Positions 1 through 8,673 of a DNA stretch of 43,983 nt are shown here, one piece after another. The notes below the pieces were generated by a model, which did no database searches, had not been told where the DNA came from, and saw only the letters and a list, made by a program, of their open reading frames with translations. Origin of the DNA: a virus (lineage: Duplodnaviria; Caudoviricetes); IMG/VR virus record IMGVR_UViG_3300037183_000024, positions 1 to 43,983 of that record; one strand, 5' to 3'. The number at the start of each line of letters is the position of its first letter. Positions within the stretch are counted from its first letter, which is position 1. Both the position numbers and the translations under genes were made by a program.

Positions 1-1035
1 GCCCTGCGCATCCAGGGCAAGAACCTGCGGGGCGTGTGGGCCGACGAGGTCGGGCTGTGGAACCAGTGGGACAGGGCCTGGAACGAGTCGATCGCGTTCG
101 CTGTCAGGCACGAGCCAGCGAAGATCGTCGCTACCGGCACCCCCAAAATGGGTCACGGGTTGGTGAAGCTGCTCGTCGACGATCCTGCCGTCCCGAAGGC
201 GCAGATGCGCACGTCCGACAACATCCAGAACCTGCACCCGTCGGCGGTCAAGGAGCTGTACGGCAAGTACGGCGGCACCCGCCTGGGTTCGCAGGAGCTG
301 GACGGCGAATGGCTCGAAGCGATCGAGGGCGACATGCTGAAACGGGCCTGGTGGAAGTTCTTCGACCCGGCCCTGCTGGGATCGACCCGCAAGAAGGGCT
401 TCCAGGTCGACCGTTTGCCCCGCTTCACGATGATCCTGATGAGCTGCGACACCCCACTCAAGGACAAGGAGACATCCGACTATGTCGCGTTGCAGGCTTG
501 GGGTGTGATCGGCGCCGACCGCTACCTGCTCGACTCCGTCCACGAGAAGGTCAGCTACGACGTGTGCAAGCGCCGGATCGTCGAGATGGCCGCCACGATG
601 CGCGCCACCTTCAAAGGCTGCCAGCATCGCGTCCTGATCGAGAACGCCGGGTACGGGGTCGAGCTTGTCCTCGACCTGCAACGCGAGCTGGGCGGCATCC
701 ACAAAGTCTCGCCCGGCGCCGAAGGCAACAAGACGATGCGTGCCCTCGCCGCCTCCGCCGACCTCGAAACCGGCAACTGCTTCCTCCCGGGTCACGCGCT
801 CGCGGAGCTGTCAGGCCCCGACCCGGAACGCACACCCGCCTGGGTGCTGTCCTTCATCGACGAGGCCGCGCTCTTCGACAACGGCCCCCACGACGACCAG
901 GTCGACGCCTGGTCGCAAGCGATGAACTGGCTCCGCTCCCGCGCCCCGCAACCGTTGCGCACCGCCTCCGCCCTGCGCAACATCGCCCCTGTCCGCAACC
1001 GTTTCCTTCAGAGCCGCTCCCGCACAGGAGGATGA
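1..1035 (+). CDS. terL: Terminase large subunit (5'-truncated by the window)
   Basis: Frame is open from base 1. Walker B 'VWADE', 'TGTP' coupling motif, RNase H-like nuclease motifs 'SCDTP...SDYVA', 'LIENAGYG' and 'HDDQVDAWSQA'. Confidence 0.93.
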   Translation, partial: ALRIQGKNLRGVWADEVGLWNQWDRAWNESIAFAVRHEPAKIVATGTPKMGHGLVKLLVDDPAVPKAQMRTSDNIQNLHPSAVKELYGKYGGTRLGSQELDGEWLEAIEGDMLKRAWWKFFDPALLGSTRKKGFQVDRLPRFTMILMSCDTPLKDKETSDYVALQAWGVIGADRYLLDSVHEKVSYDVCKRRIVEMAATMRATFKGCQHRVLIENAGYGVELVLDLQRELGGIHKVSPGAEGNKTMRALAASADLETGNCFLPGHALAELSGPDPERTPAWVLSFIDEAALFDNGPHDDQVDAWSQAMNWLRSRAPQPLRTASALRNIAPVRNRFLQSRSRTGG

Positions 1036-1036
1036 G

Positions 1037-1324
1037 ATGGCCGTCACAGTCATGCGCGACACGATCGCCTGTCCGCGATGCGGCAACCGCCGTGTCGTCA
1101 CCCAGAGACAGCGTCGCCGCGCGAGCGCGACCCAGGGCGGCATCCTCTGTACCACCTGCCGCGGGATCGGAGAAACGAGAGCGTTCAGCGACTCCGACAT
1201 CGCCTGGTGGCTGCGCCGCTTCGGCGCCAACCCGCCCGCCGGTCTGCCGGTACGTGCCTTCGTCGCCTCGGGTGGTGCGCCCGCCGAACTGGTCGAGCTG
1301 GCCCACGATGTCTACCCGCCATGA
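1037..1324 (+). CDS. Hypothetical zinc-ribbon protein
   Basis: CPRC and CTTC pairs; AGGAGG RBS before the ATG. Confidence 0.65.
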   Translation: MAVTVMRDTIACPRCGNRRVVTQRQRRRASATQGGILCTTCRGIGETRAFSDSDIAWWLRRFGANPPAGLPVRAFVASGGAPAELVELAHDVYPP

Positions 1325-1336
1325 CACAATGCGGTG

Positions 1337-1525
1337 ATGACTGATGAGCGTGCCGCAACGCTCTACGAGGAGGAGGTCGGTGAGATCCGCAACCTCCCCG
1401 ACGGCCATCCCGACGCCTGGATGTGGAGCTACAAGGGCACGTCACTCGAACGCGAACGGCTCCTCGACTTCTTCCAGGCCGAGGCCGAAGCCGAATGCGA
1501 GCAGATGAGCCTGCTTGATGGCTGA
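1337..1525 (+). CDS. Small acidic hypothetical protein
   Basis: Fills the gap with phage-like codon usage and overlaps the next start. Confidence 0.6.
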   Translation: MTDERAATLYEEEVGEIRNLPDGHPDAWMWSYKGTSLERERLLDFFQAEAEAECEQMSLLDG

Positions 1526-2231
1526 GATCTCGATCGTCATTCCTGTCCTCAACCGGCCGCACCGTGCCGCCGAGGTCGTCGCCTCGATCTTCGCCTCAAC
1601 CGAGGTCGAGGTCGAGGTCATGTTCGTCTGCTCGCCCGGCGATGACGCCGAGATCGCCGCGGTCCAGGCGACCGGCGAGGACTACATCATCGTTCCGTGG
1701 GTGTGCGGCGACGGCGACTTCGCCCGCAAGCACAACCTCGCGTTCGGCTGCGTCGACGCCGACCTTGTCTTCCTCGGCGCCGACGACCTCGCGTTCGAGG
1801 TCGGTTGGGATGTCGCGGTGCTGAACGCGCACCGCCGCAACCCGCGCGCCGGGGTGATCGGCACCCAGGACGACGCGAACCCGCTCGTCAAGCGCGGCAA
1901 GCACTCGACCCACAGCGTTGTCACGCGCGACTACATCGACGAGGTCGGTGGCACCTGGCACGACGGCCCCGGCGTCATCTTCCACGAGGGCTACAAGCAC
2001 CAGTTCGTCGACACCGAGCTGTGCCACGCCGCGATGCAACGCGAACGCTGGGCCTTCGCCCACCCCGCGATCGTCAGGCACCTGCACCCGATGTACCCGC
2101 ACCGCGGGATCGGCCGCACCCCGATGGATGACACCTACCGCAAAGCCCTCGGCGACGCCCAAGAAGACTCGCGTCTCTACGCCGCACGAGCCGAACTTGC
2201 GAAGGCGCGGAGCCTCGGCCATGCGCTATAG
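1518..2231 (+). CDS. GT-A (GT2-like) glycosyltransferase
   Basis: 'ISIVIPVLNRP' first strand, 'VFLGADD' DxD-like motif, 'FVDTEL' and 'VRHLHP'. Confidence 0.85.
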   Translation: MAEISIVIPVLNRPHRAAEVVASIFASTEVEVEVMFVCSPGDDAEIAAVQATGEDYIIVPWVCGDGDFARKHNLAFGCVDADLVFLGADDLAFEVGWDVAVLNAHRRNPRAGVIGTQDDANPLVKRGKHSTHSVVTRDYIDEVGGTWHDGPGVIFHEGYKHQFVDTELCHAAMQRERWAFAHPAIVRHLHPMYPHRGIGRTPMDDTYRKALGDAQEDSRLYAARAELAKARSLGHAL

Positions 2232-2232
2232 T
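2227..2232 (+). promoter_or_regulatory. Putative -10 box (TATAGT) for the small-gene cassette
   Basis: TATAGT lies 6 nt before a GTG at 2239 (21-codon ORF ending at 2304); no clear -35. Confidence 0.35.
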
Positions 2233-2300
2233 TAGTGGGTGACGCAACCCGACGCCCCGAACACCCACCGAACAAGCCAGCGGAAGATTGGGTTGGCGTC

Positions 2301-2648
2301 GTGACCATGCGGTTGGTAGCGATCCCAGCAGCCCTCGGCGCGGAGAAGCAGCACAACGCGGGTCTGCCATGTGACGATCGCGGCGACGGCCTGCATTGGC
2401 TCGTTTGCTGCGACTGTGGTGAGCAGTGGGCCGAGAACGACGATGGCTCGTTGGCCGCGGGTTCGGGCGTTTGCGGTCACGAGCGGATTGCTGCCGCGTT
2501 GGCTGAGGTGGTGGCGGTCGAGAACGCACTCACAGCCGCCGCCGCGTTGGCCGAGATGTCGTTCGGCTGTCTCGGCCAACGCGAGTTCTACCGACTGCGC
2601 GAGGCGTTGGCTGTGGTTCGGTCACTGACGAAAGGGGACACGACGTGA
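2301..2648 (+). CDS. Hypothetical protein (start uncertain)
   Basis: GTGA-coupled start, 'CCDCG' motif and helical C-terminus. Confidence 0.5.
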   Translation: MTMRLVAIPAALGAEKQHNAGLPCDDRGDGLHWLVCCDCGEQWAENDDGSLAAGSGVCGHERIAAALAEVVAVENALTAAAALAEMSFGCLGQREFYRLREALAVVRSLTKGDTT

Positions 2649-2882
2649 GCGGGCAGACCCATCGCGTTCACATCCACCGCGAGAAGAAGTACCCGAACCA
2701 GTGGATCGGCCAGTGCGTTTGCGGCCGTGGCATCCGCTGTAACGAACGGTCGGAGGCTGAGTCGTTCTTCGTCGGCTGCTTTCTCCATGCCGTTTCCCCG
2801 CAAGCCGAGCATCATCCGCGAGGTTCTCAAGTGGCCCGGCGCGGTCATTCTCGATCCAGACGAGACGATGGTGGCGTCGTGA
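2645..2882 (+). CDS. Hypothetical Cys/His protein, possibly frameshifted
   Basis: AAGGGGA RBS with GTGA overlap. The frame runs on to 3076, but the +1 frame (MPFPRKPSIIREVLKWPGAVILDPDETMVAS*) stops at a GTGA junction at 2879-2882. Confidence 0.35.
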
Positions 2883-3076
2883 CTGGGGTGCCCAACCACA
2901 ACACCACCAGCGAACCGGCCTGCCCGAACGCTGCGAAGCACACGCCGCACCCGAAGGGCTACGTCGATCACGCGACGTGGGGCTACGAGATGCTGAGAAC
3001 GCACCGGCAGGTCAGGTGCGATGGCTGTGGGTTGTGGGCGATATGGGTGCCGAAGAAGAAGCGGGTGAAGTCGTGA
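2879..3076 (+). CDS. Small phage Cys/His protein
   Basis: 'CPNAAKHTPHPKGY...THRQVRCDGCGLWAIWVP' resembles a recurrent small phage family (from memory); GTG start at a GTGA junction. Confidence 0.55.
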   Translation: MTGVPNHNTTSEPACPNAAKHTPHPKGYVDHATWGYEMLRTHRQVRCDGCGLWAIWVPKKKRVKS

Positions 3077-3308
3077 GCGCCGACACGCCCGCCACCGACT
3101 TCTCCGGTTCGGACTGGACGGGCGAAGGGCCAGAACCACCCGAGCGCGAGTGCGACTACTGCTCTGGGAAGGGTTGGTACTCCGCTCCCGGCCATGCGCC
3201 TGACTGCACGCCGGATCGGTGTTCGGGATCGTGTCCGGTCGAGACGATGGAACCTTGCCCGAGTTGCGCTGGTTCGGGGAGGCTATCGTGAGCGCCGACA
3301 CGCCCGCC
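3071..3308 (+). repeat. 23-bp direct repeat TCGTGAGCGCCGACACGCCCGCC (3071-3093 and 3286-3308)
   Basis: Exact copies spanning the stop/start junctions of two consecutive genes, both starting VSADTPA. Confidence 0.9.
3073..3291 (+). CDS. DnaJ-type CxxCxGxG zinc-finger protein
   Basis: CDYCSGKG and CPSCAGSG motifs. Confidence 0.65.
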   Translation: MSADTPATDFSGSDWTGEGPEPPERECDYCSGKGWYSAPGHAPDCTPDRCSGSCPVETMEPCPSCAGSGRLS

Positions 3309-3788
3309 GACCGGCCCTTCCGCATGGATGTGGTACGACGCTTCATCGGCCCGACACAGAACCACCCCGACGTGTACGACTCGTTCGCGGAGGATGCAAT
3401 CGCTGAGGTTTGTGAGACGGAGGCTGAGCTTGAGCGGTTGCGGGAAGCGCATCGGGGTAGCGAGGGCATGGTCACGGTGTACGCCCACGACGGCAGCTAT
3501 CTCGGCTGCATGGGGACACAAGCCTGGGGGGAGGCGCTCGAACTCGAAGCCGACGGAGTGCGCGAAGAGGTTGAGCGGTTGCGGGGAACCGTGGCCGACT
3601 ACGAGGACGACTACAGGCGCGTCTACAAAGAGGCGTGCGACAGCCCGAACACCGAGGGCACCGACGATCGCGTGCATTGCACCTGTGTTGCCCCGTTGCA
3701 AGGCGTCATTCGGGAGTTGCGGGGAACCGTGCAGCAACTCGAAACCGAACGCGACGCCCTGAGGCCCGCCACCGAGGAGACGACGTGA
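3288..3788 (+). CDS. Hypothetical coiled-coil protein
   Basis: ELERLR / EVERLR segments typical of phage mosaic genes. Confidence 0.65.
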   Translation: MSADTPADRPFRMDVVRRFIGPTQNHPDVYDSFAEDAIAEVCETEAELERLREAHRGSEGMVTVYAHDGSYLGCMGTQAWGEALELEADGVREEVERLRGTVADYEDDYRRVYKEACDSPNTEGTDDRVHCTCVAPLQGVIRELRGTVQQLETERDALRPATEETT

Positions 3789-4021
3789 ACACGGAGCGGG
3801 AGCGTGCCGAAAACCACCTTGCGCTGATGAAGGCGATGGAGCCGAAAGGCATGGTGATCGAGCCGCACATCTGCTGCTTCTCCGACTGGCTCTCGATCTC
3901 AGCGAGGGACGTGATCGCCCTCGCCGAGCAGCTCGCCCGCTGCCGCCAGACACTCCGCGAGGTTTGCGAGCAAGGCCCCATCCATCCCGACCTGATCGAG
4001 AGGGAGCTGAACGCCGAATGA
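3785..4021 (+). CDS. Hypothetical protein
   Basis: GAGGAG RBS and GTGA coupling. Confidence 0.65.
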   Translation: MNTERERAENHLALMKAMEPKGMVIEPHICCFSDWLSISARDVIALAEQLARCRQTLREVCEQGPIHPDLIERELNAE

Positions 4022-4185
4022 GCCAAGAGGATCAGGAGAGGATCGCGTGCGCGCTGGAGCGCCTGGCTGACGTGGCGACGATCGCGGCGCTCTACAAGTG
4101 GGCGTCCGCGACCGAGGCGAACACAGCGGCACGGAAGTTGATCGTGGAGCGCATCCAGGCACGCGAGCTGGCGGCGAGGCCGTGA
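4018..4185 (+). CDS. Hypothetical protein
   Basis: ATGA coupling; helical 55-aa ORF. Confidence 0.6.
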   Translation: MSQEDQERIACALERLADVATIAALYKWASATEANTAARKLIVERIQARELAARP

Positions 4186-4748
4186 ACGTCCTCCTCAGCC
4201 CCCACAACGACGACGAGACGCTCTTCGCCGCCTACACGATCATGCAGCACGACTGCCACGTCGTCGTCTGCCTGCGCTCCGCGGTCGAGCTGGAGCGTGG
4301 AGGCCCCAGCTACCACGAGCGCGAGGCCGAGACGACCCTCGCGATCGGCAGGCTTGGCCCCTTCACGTGGGAGCAGTGGACGGTGCTCGACAACACGCCG
4401 GAGCGGTACGAGTCGATCATGGAGGCCGACCTCCGCAACGAGATGCTCAAGTTGCAGAAGCGACTCGACCCCGAGCGGGTCTTCGCCCCCGCGATCGAGG
4501 CGGGCGGACACTGGCAGCACAACCTCGTCGGCGACCTCGCCACCGAGGTTTTCGGTCCCGAGCGGGTCGCCTACTACCTGACGTATGTGCGTGGCGAGGG
4601 CCGCTCGAAGGGCGTCGAGGTCGTCCCAACGCCCCGGCAGATCGAGCGCAAGCTGTATGCACTTTCTGCATATCGCTCCCAGATCGAACTCGACTACACC
4701 CGGCCCTGGTTCGTTGACGACCCGATGCGCGAGTGGAGGCCCGAGTGA
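4182..4748 (+). CDS. PIG-L/LmbE-family N-acetyl-sugar deacetylase
   Basis: 'LSPHNDDE' (HxDD), 'RxxE' and 'GHWQH' (HxxH) metal-binding motifs; C-terminal 'K...AYRSQ'. Confidence 0.88.
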   Translation: MNVLLSPHNDDETLFAAYTIMQHDCHVVVCLRSAVELERGGPSYHEREAETTLAIGRLGPFTWEQWTVLDNTPERYESIMEADLRNEMLKLQKRLDPERVFAPAIEAGGHWQHNLVGDLATEVFGPERVAYYLTYVRGEGRSKGVEVVPTPRQIERKLYALSAYRSQIELDYTRPWFVDDPMREWRPE

Positions 4749-4873
4749 GCCAACGATCGAAGCGTCCCGTCACGACGCGCCGCTGCCCGAAGTGCGGCGC
4801 TCTGCTCGTTGGCTTCAAGGGCGAGCGCGTCCCGTGCCCGTACAAGGAACTTCACAAGCGGGTGGCGTCGTGA
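4745..4873 (+). CDS. 42-aa zinc-ribbon-like peptide (not in the ORF track)
   Basis: VSQRSKRPVTTRRCPKCGALLVGFKGERVPCPYKELHKRVAS*; GTGA coupling at both ends. Confidence 0.6.
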   Translation: MSQRSKRPVTTRRCPKCGALLVGFKGERVPCPYKELHKRVAS

Positions 4874-5064
4874 GCCGCCCTTCGTACACTCGGGCCTACC
4901 ACCAGCGTCACCTAGCCGGGGAGGATGCGTACATGGCCGTCACCCTGAAATGCGGGCACACGACCCAGGCCCAGCCCGTCGTGATTCACCCGTCGAAGCG
5001 CAAGCTGTACCGCTGCCCCGACGGTTGCGGCCTCCAGCCGCGCACCCACAAGAAGAAGACGTGA
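4870..5064 (+). CDS. Small Cys/His hypothetical protein
   Basis: LKCGH...CPDGC; GTGA coupling at both ends. Confidence 0.55.
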   Translation: MSRPSYTRAYHQRHLAGEDAYMAVTLKCGHTTQAQPVVIHPSKRKLYRCPDGCGLQPRTHKKKT

Positions 5065-5615
5065 GGGACAACCTCACCAACAAGACGCTGCGCGAGGCCG
5101 AAGCATCCTCGATCCAGCACTTCATCGAGAACAACGTCGGCCTACTCGTGGGCGATGTGCTCGACTACGGCTGCGGCAAGCAGCCCTACCGCGACATCAT
5201 CGTCGCCGCCGGGGGCGTCTACCACGGCTACGACCGTCCCGGATACGCCGGATCGACGGTGAAGGTGAAGGTCGGGGAGGACTGGCCCCTCGGGCGCAAA
5301 CGCTTCTGGGGCGCGATCCTCTGCAACCAGGTGATCCAGTACCTGTCCGACCCGAGGCAGATCCTCTGCTCGTTCTACGACGCGCTTGGACCCGGAGGCT
5401 GGCTCGTAATGACCGGCCCGACGAACTGGCCGGAGGTCGAGCCGGTCGACACGTGGCGCTTCACGACCGAGGGGATCGGCAGACTCGTCGACGTGACCGG
5501 CTTCCACCAGGTGACCGCCGTCTCGCGCGAGCAGATGCGGATCAACGACATCGTGCTCTCGCTCGGGTGGGGCGTTGTCGGGCAGCGACCACCCGTCAAG
5601 AAGGCGAAGCGATGA
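5061..5615 (+). CDS. Class I SAM-dependent methyltransferase
   Basis: 'VLDYGCGKQPY' motif I, 'ILCNQVIQY', 'LGPGGWLVMTGP', 'DTWRFT'. Confidence 0.88.
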   Translation: MRDNLTNKTLREAEASSIQHFIENNVGLLVGDVLDYGCGKQPYRDIIVAAGGVYHGYDRPGYAGSTVKVKVGEDWPLGRKRFWGAILCNQVIQYLSDPRQILCSFYDALGPGGWLVMTGPTNWPEVEPVDTWRFTTEGIGRLVDVTGFHQVTAVSREQMRINDIVLSLGWGVVGQRPPVKKAKR

Positions 5616-6163
5616 GCACCATCGTGGTCGATGTGGGCTGCGCCAAGCACGGCGGCGACGAGTCGATCCCCGACCTCGTCCGAGAGTTCGGGCCGTCCGA
5701 GCTGTGGGGCTTCGACCCCGCGGCACGCGACATGGCGTACATGATCGACGACACGACCGTGATCGAGTCGACCTACGTCGCCTGGAAGTTCGACGGCAAG
5801 ATCGGCTTCAAGATCGCGGGACTCGGCGGGCATGTGACCTCATCCGAACCCGCTGCGACGCCGTGCATTGACCTGGCCCGCTGGATCAACGAGATGAGCC
5901 TCGAACCGACCGACCGGCTGATCGTGAAGCTGGACTGCGAGGGCGCCGAGTACGACCTGGTGCCCCACCTGGTCGAGCGTGACGCCGACCTGCGGATCGA
6001 CTTGATGCTGATCGAGTGGCACTGCGAAGGGTGCGGCTATGGGATCTGGAACTGGGACGACCCGCACCCTGACGGCTGCCGCGCCGACCAGGCCGAGTGG
6101 CGTGAGCGCCGGGAGAGGATCAACGCGATGCTCCGCTGCGACTCGCGGGGATGGTCGCAGTGA
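5612..6163 (+). CDS. FkbM-family methyltransferase
   Basis: 'VVDVGC', 'GFDP', 'VKLDCEGAEYDL', 'IEWH'. Confidence 0.85.
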   Translation: MSTIVVDVGCAKHGGDESIPDLVREFGPSELWGFDPAARDMAYMIDDTTVIESTYVAWKFDGKIGFKIAGLGGHVTSSEPAATPCIDLARWINEMSLEPTDRLIVKLDCEGAEYDLVPHLVERDADLRIDLMLIEWHCEGCGYGIWNWDDPHPDGCRADQAEWRERRERINAMLRCDSRGWSQ

Positions 6164-6549
6164 AGAACGTCGCCGCCTGGGTCTACGTGCTCGACTGTGA
6201 GCACGCGGTGAAGATCGGCTCGACGACCGACCTCCGCATCAGGGGCCGACAGTTCCGCGCCCACGGCCAGCAGCGGTGGGAGCCGATCGCGGTGTACCCG
6301 ATGGAGTCGAAGGCACGCGCCTTCCAGATCGAGGCTGACGCCCACCGCGCCCTGCGACTCTGCAAGTTGAGGGGCGAGCGGGAGTGGTTCCATTGCCACC
6401 CCCTCGACGCCACGGCGGCAGTCGATCGCGCGATCAGAGCAACGTACAGTCGGAAGTCGGATGTGGAGAGACTCATGCAGGCGTTCGGGATGAGTGTCGA
6501 AACCTGGATCGCGGCGGGAGGGACAGTTGAGCAGCTTCAGCCCGCTTGA
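6160..6549 (+). CDS. GIY-YIG superfamily (T5orf172/MUG113-like) protein
   Basis: 'VYVL...VKIGST....R', 'E..AH..L' and 'EWF' pattern. Confidence 0.75.
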   Translation: MKNVAAWVYVLDCEHAVKIGSTTDLRIRGRQFRAHGQQRWEPIAVYPMESKARAFQIEADAHRALRLCKLRGEREWFHCHPLDATAAVDRAIRATYSRKSDVERLMQAFGMSVETWIAAGGTVEQLQPA

Positions 6550-7285
6550 TGTCACCGCGATCCTCGTCACCCGTGGCGACGTGGACATGCAGCCGGTGAT
6601 CGACTCGCTTCCGAAGGGCTGGGAGATCGTCATCTGGGACAACGGCGAGAAGCGCATCTCGCGGTCCGACGGCTGGGCCGAGGTCTGCACCGACCTCTCC
6701 GTCTACGGCCGCTACGCCGCGATCGAGGACGCCAGCCACGAGCTGATCTACGTCCAGGACGACGACGTGATCGTCTCCGACCCGCAGGCGATCGTCGCCA
6801 AGTTGATCGCCGAGCACGAGAACGACGCGGCCGGGATGCTGCCGCGCTACACCGACCACATCGTCGCGAACGTGCCCGAGAACTTCCGCCACGAGTTCTA
6901 TCGACGTCACTGCCTCGTCGGCTTCGGCGCGGCCTTTCATCGCGACTCACCGGGGCGAGCCTTCGACTACTTCAAGGGCGCCTACGGACCGTCGATCACG
7001 CGCGAGGACGGCCCCGACCAGTACGCCCTCGGCGACACCTTCGTCGTGCAGGGTCACTTCCAACGGACGTGCGACATCGTCTTCACGGGGCTGTCGCGCT
7101 TCTTCATGGTCGATGTGCCGAAGGTCGACCGGGAGATGGCCTCCGCCGACAACCGGATGTGGCGGCAGAAGACCCACGTCGCGGAGCGCAGCGCGATGCT
7201 CGACCATGTGCTGCCGCTCCGCGACGAGGCGATCCGGGTGGCCTGCGAGGAGCAGGACAACCTCTTCCGAGGAGGAGTGAAATGA
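6527..7285 (+). CDS. GT-A glycosyltransferase
   Basis: 'IVIWDN', 'YGRYAAI...IYVQDDDVIV', 'LVGFGAAF', 'CDIVF'; TTG start after GGGAGGG. Confidence 0.75.
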   Translation: MSSFSPLDVTAILVTRGDVDMQPVIDSLPKGWEIVIWDNGEKRISRSDGWAEVCTDLSVYGRYAAIEDASHELIYVQDDDVIVSDPQAIVAKLIAEHENDAAGMLPRYTDHIVANVPENFRHEFYRRHCLVGFGAAFHRDSPGRAFDYFKGAYGPSITREDGPDQYALGDTFVVQGHFQRTCDIVFTGLSRFFMVDVPKVDREMASADNRMWRQKTHVAERSAMLDHVLPLRDEAIRVACEEQDNLFRGGVK

Positions 7286-7416
7286 CAGTGCTTTCGGCGC
7301 TCTCGATCCTTTTCGCGCTTTGCGCGATCGGGTTGTCCGCGTGGACGATCCACATCAACCGCCGCACGCGACGCATCCTCCGGGAGCTGGAGCTGCTGCG
7401 CAGGTCAAGGCGATGA
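7282..7416 (+). CDS. Small membrane protein
   Basis: One hydrophobic N-terminal helix and a basic tail; GGAGGAG RBS. Confidence 0.65.
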   Translation: MTVLSALSILFALCAIGLSAWTIHINRRTRRILRELELLRRSRR

Positions 7417-8156
7417 CGAAGCCGACCCCGACCGTCACGCCGCGCTACGCCAGCTCCGTCTGTCCCGTCTGGGCGCTCTCGGGGGTCTTCACTCGGTCGC
7501 TGTCGTCGTTCACGCACGAGAAGCGCGTCGCGGCCTTCCAGGCGGGCTTTCGGGCCATCGCCGTTCAGCTCGACAACACGCCGATGGCGGGCGCGAACTT
7601 CAGGGAGCTGACCAACACGATCGACGGGATGCGCCGGGACGGATGGTCGCCTGTCGGTTGGGCGACGGCGGGCCAGAACACCAGCGCCTACGAGGACGGC
7701 AAGCGGCAGGCGGCGCTCTCGCGCACCTTCAACATCCCGTGGGTCGTCAACATCGAGCTGTGGGGCGAGGGGCCGAACGCCCGCGTCACGAGCGAGTGGA
7801 TGCGAGGCTGGCTCGGGGGACTCGTCCCCGGCAACATGATGCCGGTGATGCTGTCGTGCCTGTCGTCGGTGACGGCGAGCTTCGCCCGCTCGATGGACTA
7901 CCAGCCTTTCGTCGATTACCCGAAGTGCGCGATCTCGCCGCAGGTGTATTGCGCGTCGCAGCCGCTCTACACGCTCCCGGCGATGCGCGGCTCGTTCGCG
8001 AAGTCGGTCGTCCCGGCAGACAGGATCATGCCGACCTGCAACGTCGAGCCGGGCAAGCCGGTGCCACCCCGCTACCGCAACTGGCGCGGCCCCCGATGGC
8101 TGTGGACGGGCGAGGATTGCCAGCCCGGCGACTTCGCGAAGGTGCTCGCCCAGTGA
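7413..8156 (+). CDS. Hypothetical protein, possible glycoside-hydrolase-like TIM barrel
   Basis: 'PVGWA', 'VVNIE' and 'SPQVY' pattern reminiscent of GH-type barrels; not confirmed. Confidence 0.45.
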   Translation: MTKPTPTVTPRYASSVCPVWALSGVFTRSLSSFTHEKRVAAFQAGFRAIAVQLDNTPMAGANFRELTNTIDGMRRDGWSPVGWATAGQNTSAYEDGKRQAALSRTFNIPWVVNIELWGEGPNARVTSEWMRGWLGGLVPGNMMPVMLSCLSSVTASFARSMDYQPFVDYPKCAISPQVYCASQPLYTLPAMRGSFAKSVVPADRIMPTCNVEPGKPVPPRYRNWRGPRWLWTGEDCQPGDFAKVLAQ

Positions 8157-8542
8157 AGGTGGTCATCACCGGCTCACGCGAGTTTCTCGACCCGCTCGAA
8201 GCGACCCGCGTCATCATGTGGAGGATCGCCGCACTCGCCCCCGACGACCTGCTGATCCACGGGGCCGCCCGTGGCGCCGACCGCTTCGCCGGGCAGGCCG
8301 CGAAGGCGAAGGGCATCCAGGTGCTCCCGGTGCCCGCGCAGTGGGATGTGCACACCGACGGCTGCGGATGCAAGAATCGCGCCTGGTGTCTTGACGCCGG
8401 GAAACGGAGGAACCTAGAAATGCTCGATATGCAGCCTGATCTTGTGATCGCGTTCTGGAACGGCAGCTCCGGCGGCACCCGGCACACGATCGAGAACGCG
8501 GAGGCCCGCGGCATTCCGGTCGAGGTCGTGAAGCTGAAATGA
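8153..8542 (+). CDS. SLOG-family (DUF2493/YspA-like) protein
   Basis: 'VVITGSR', 'IHGAARGAD', 'AGKRRNLEML', 'VIAFWNGSSGGTRHTI'. Confidence 0.85.
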   Translation: MKVVITGSREFLDPLEATRVIMWRIAALAPDDLLIHGAARGADRFAGQAAKAKGIQVLPVPAQWDVHTDGCGCKNRAWCLDAGKRRNLEMLDMQPDLVIAFWNGSSGGTRHTIENAEARGIPVEVVKLK

Positions 8543-8673
8543 AGATCCACAACCGCCCCTACGTGATCTTCGGGATCTTCTTCCTCGCGCTGGGCCTGCT
8601 CGTCTTCTTCTCCCCCCAGCTCGACCAAGCCTTTGCGTGGTGGCTCCACTTCTCCGGGGTCTTCGGCTCGTGA
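8539..8673 (+). CDS. 44-aa membrane peptide (not in the ORF track)
   Basis: MKIHNRPYVIFGIFFLALGLLVFFSPQLDQAFAWWLHFSGVFGS*; coupled at both ends. Confidence 0.6.
   Translation: MKIHNRPYVIFGIFFLALGLLVFFSPQLDQAFAWWLHFSGVFGS

Noticed and set aside
5061-6163. Methyltransferases as DNA methylases of a restriction-modification system
   Set aside because: No DPPY/NPPY or PC catalytic motifs; they resemble small-molecule/glycan methyltransferases.
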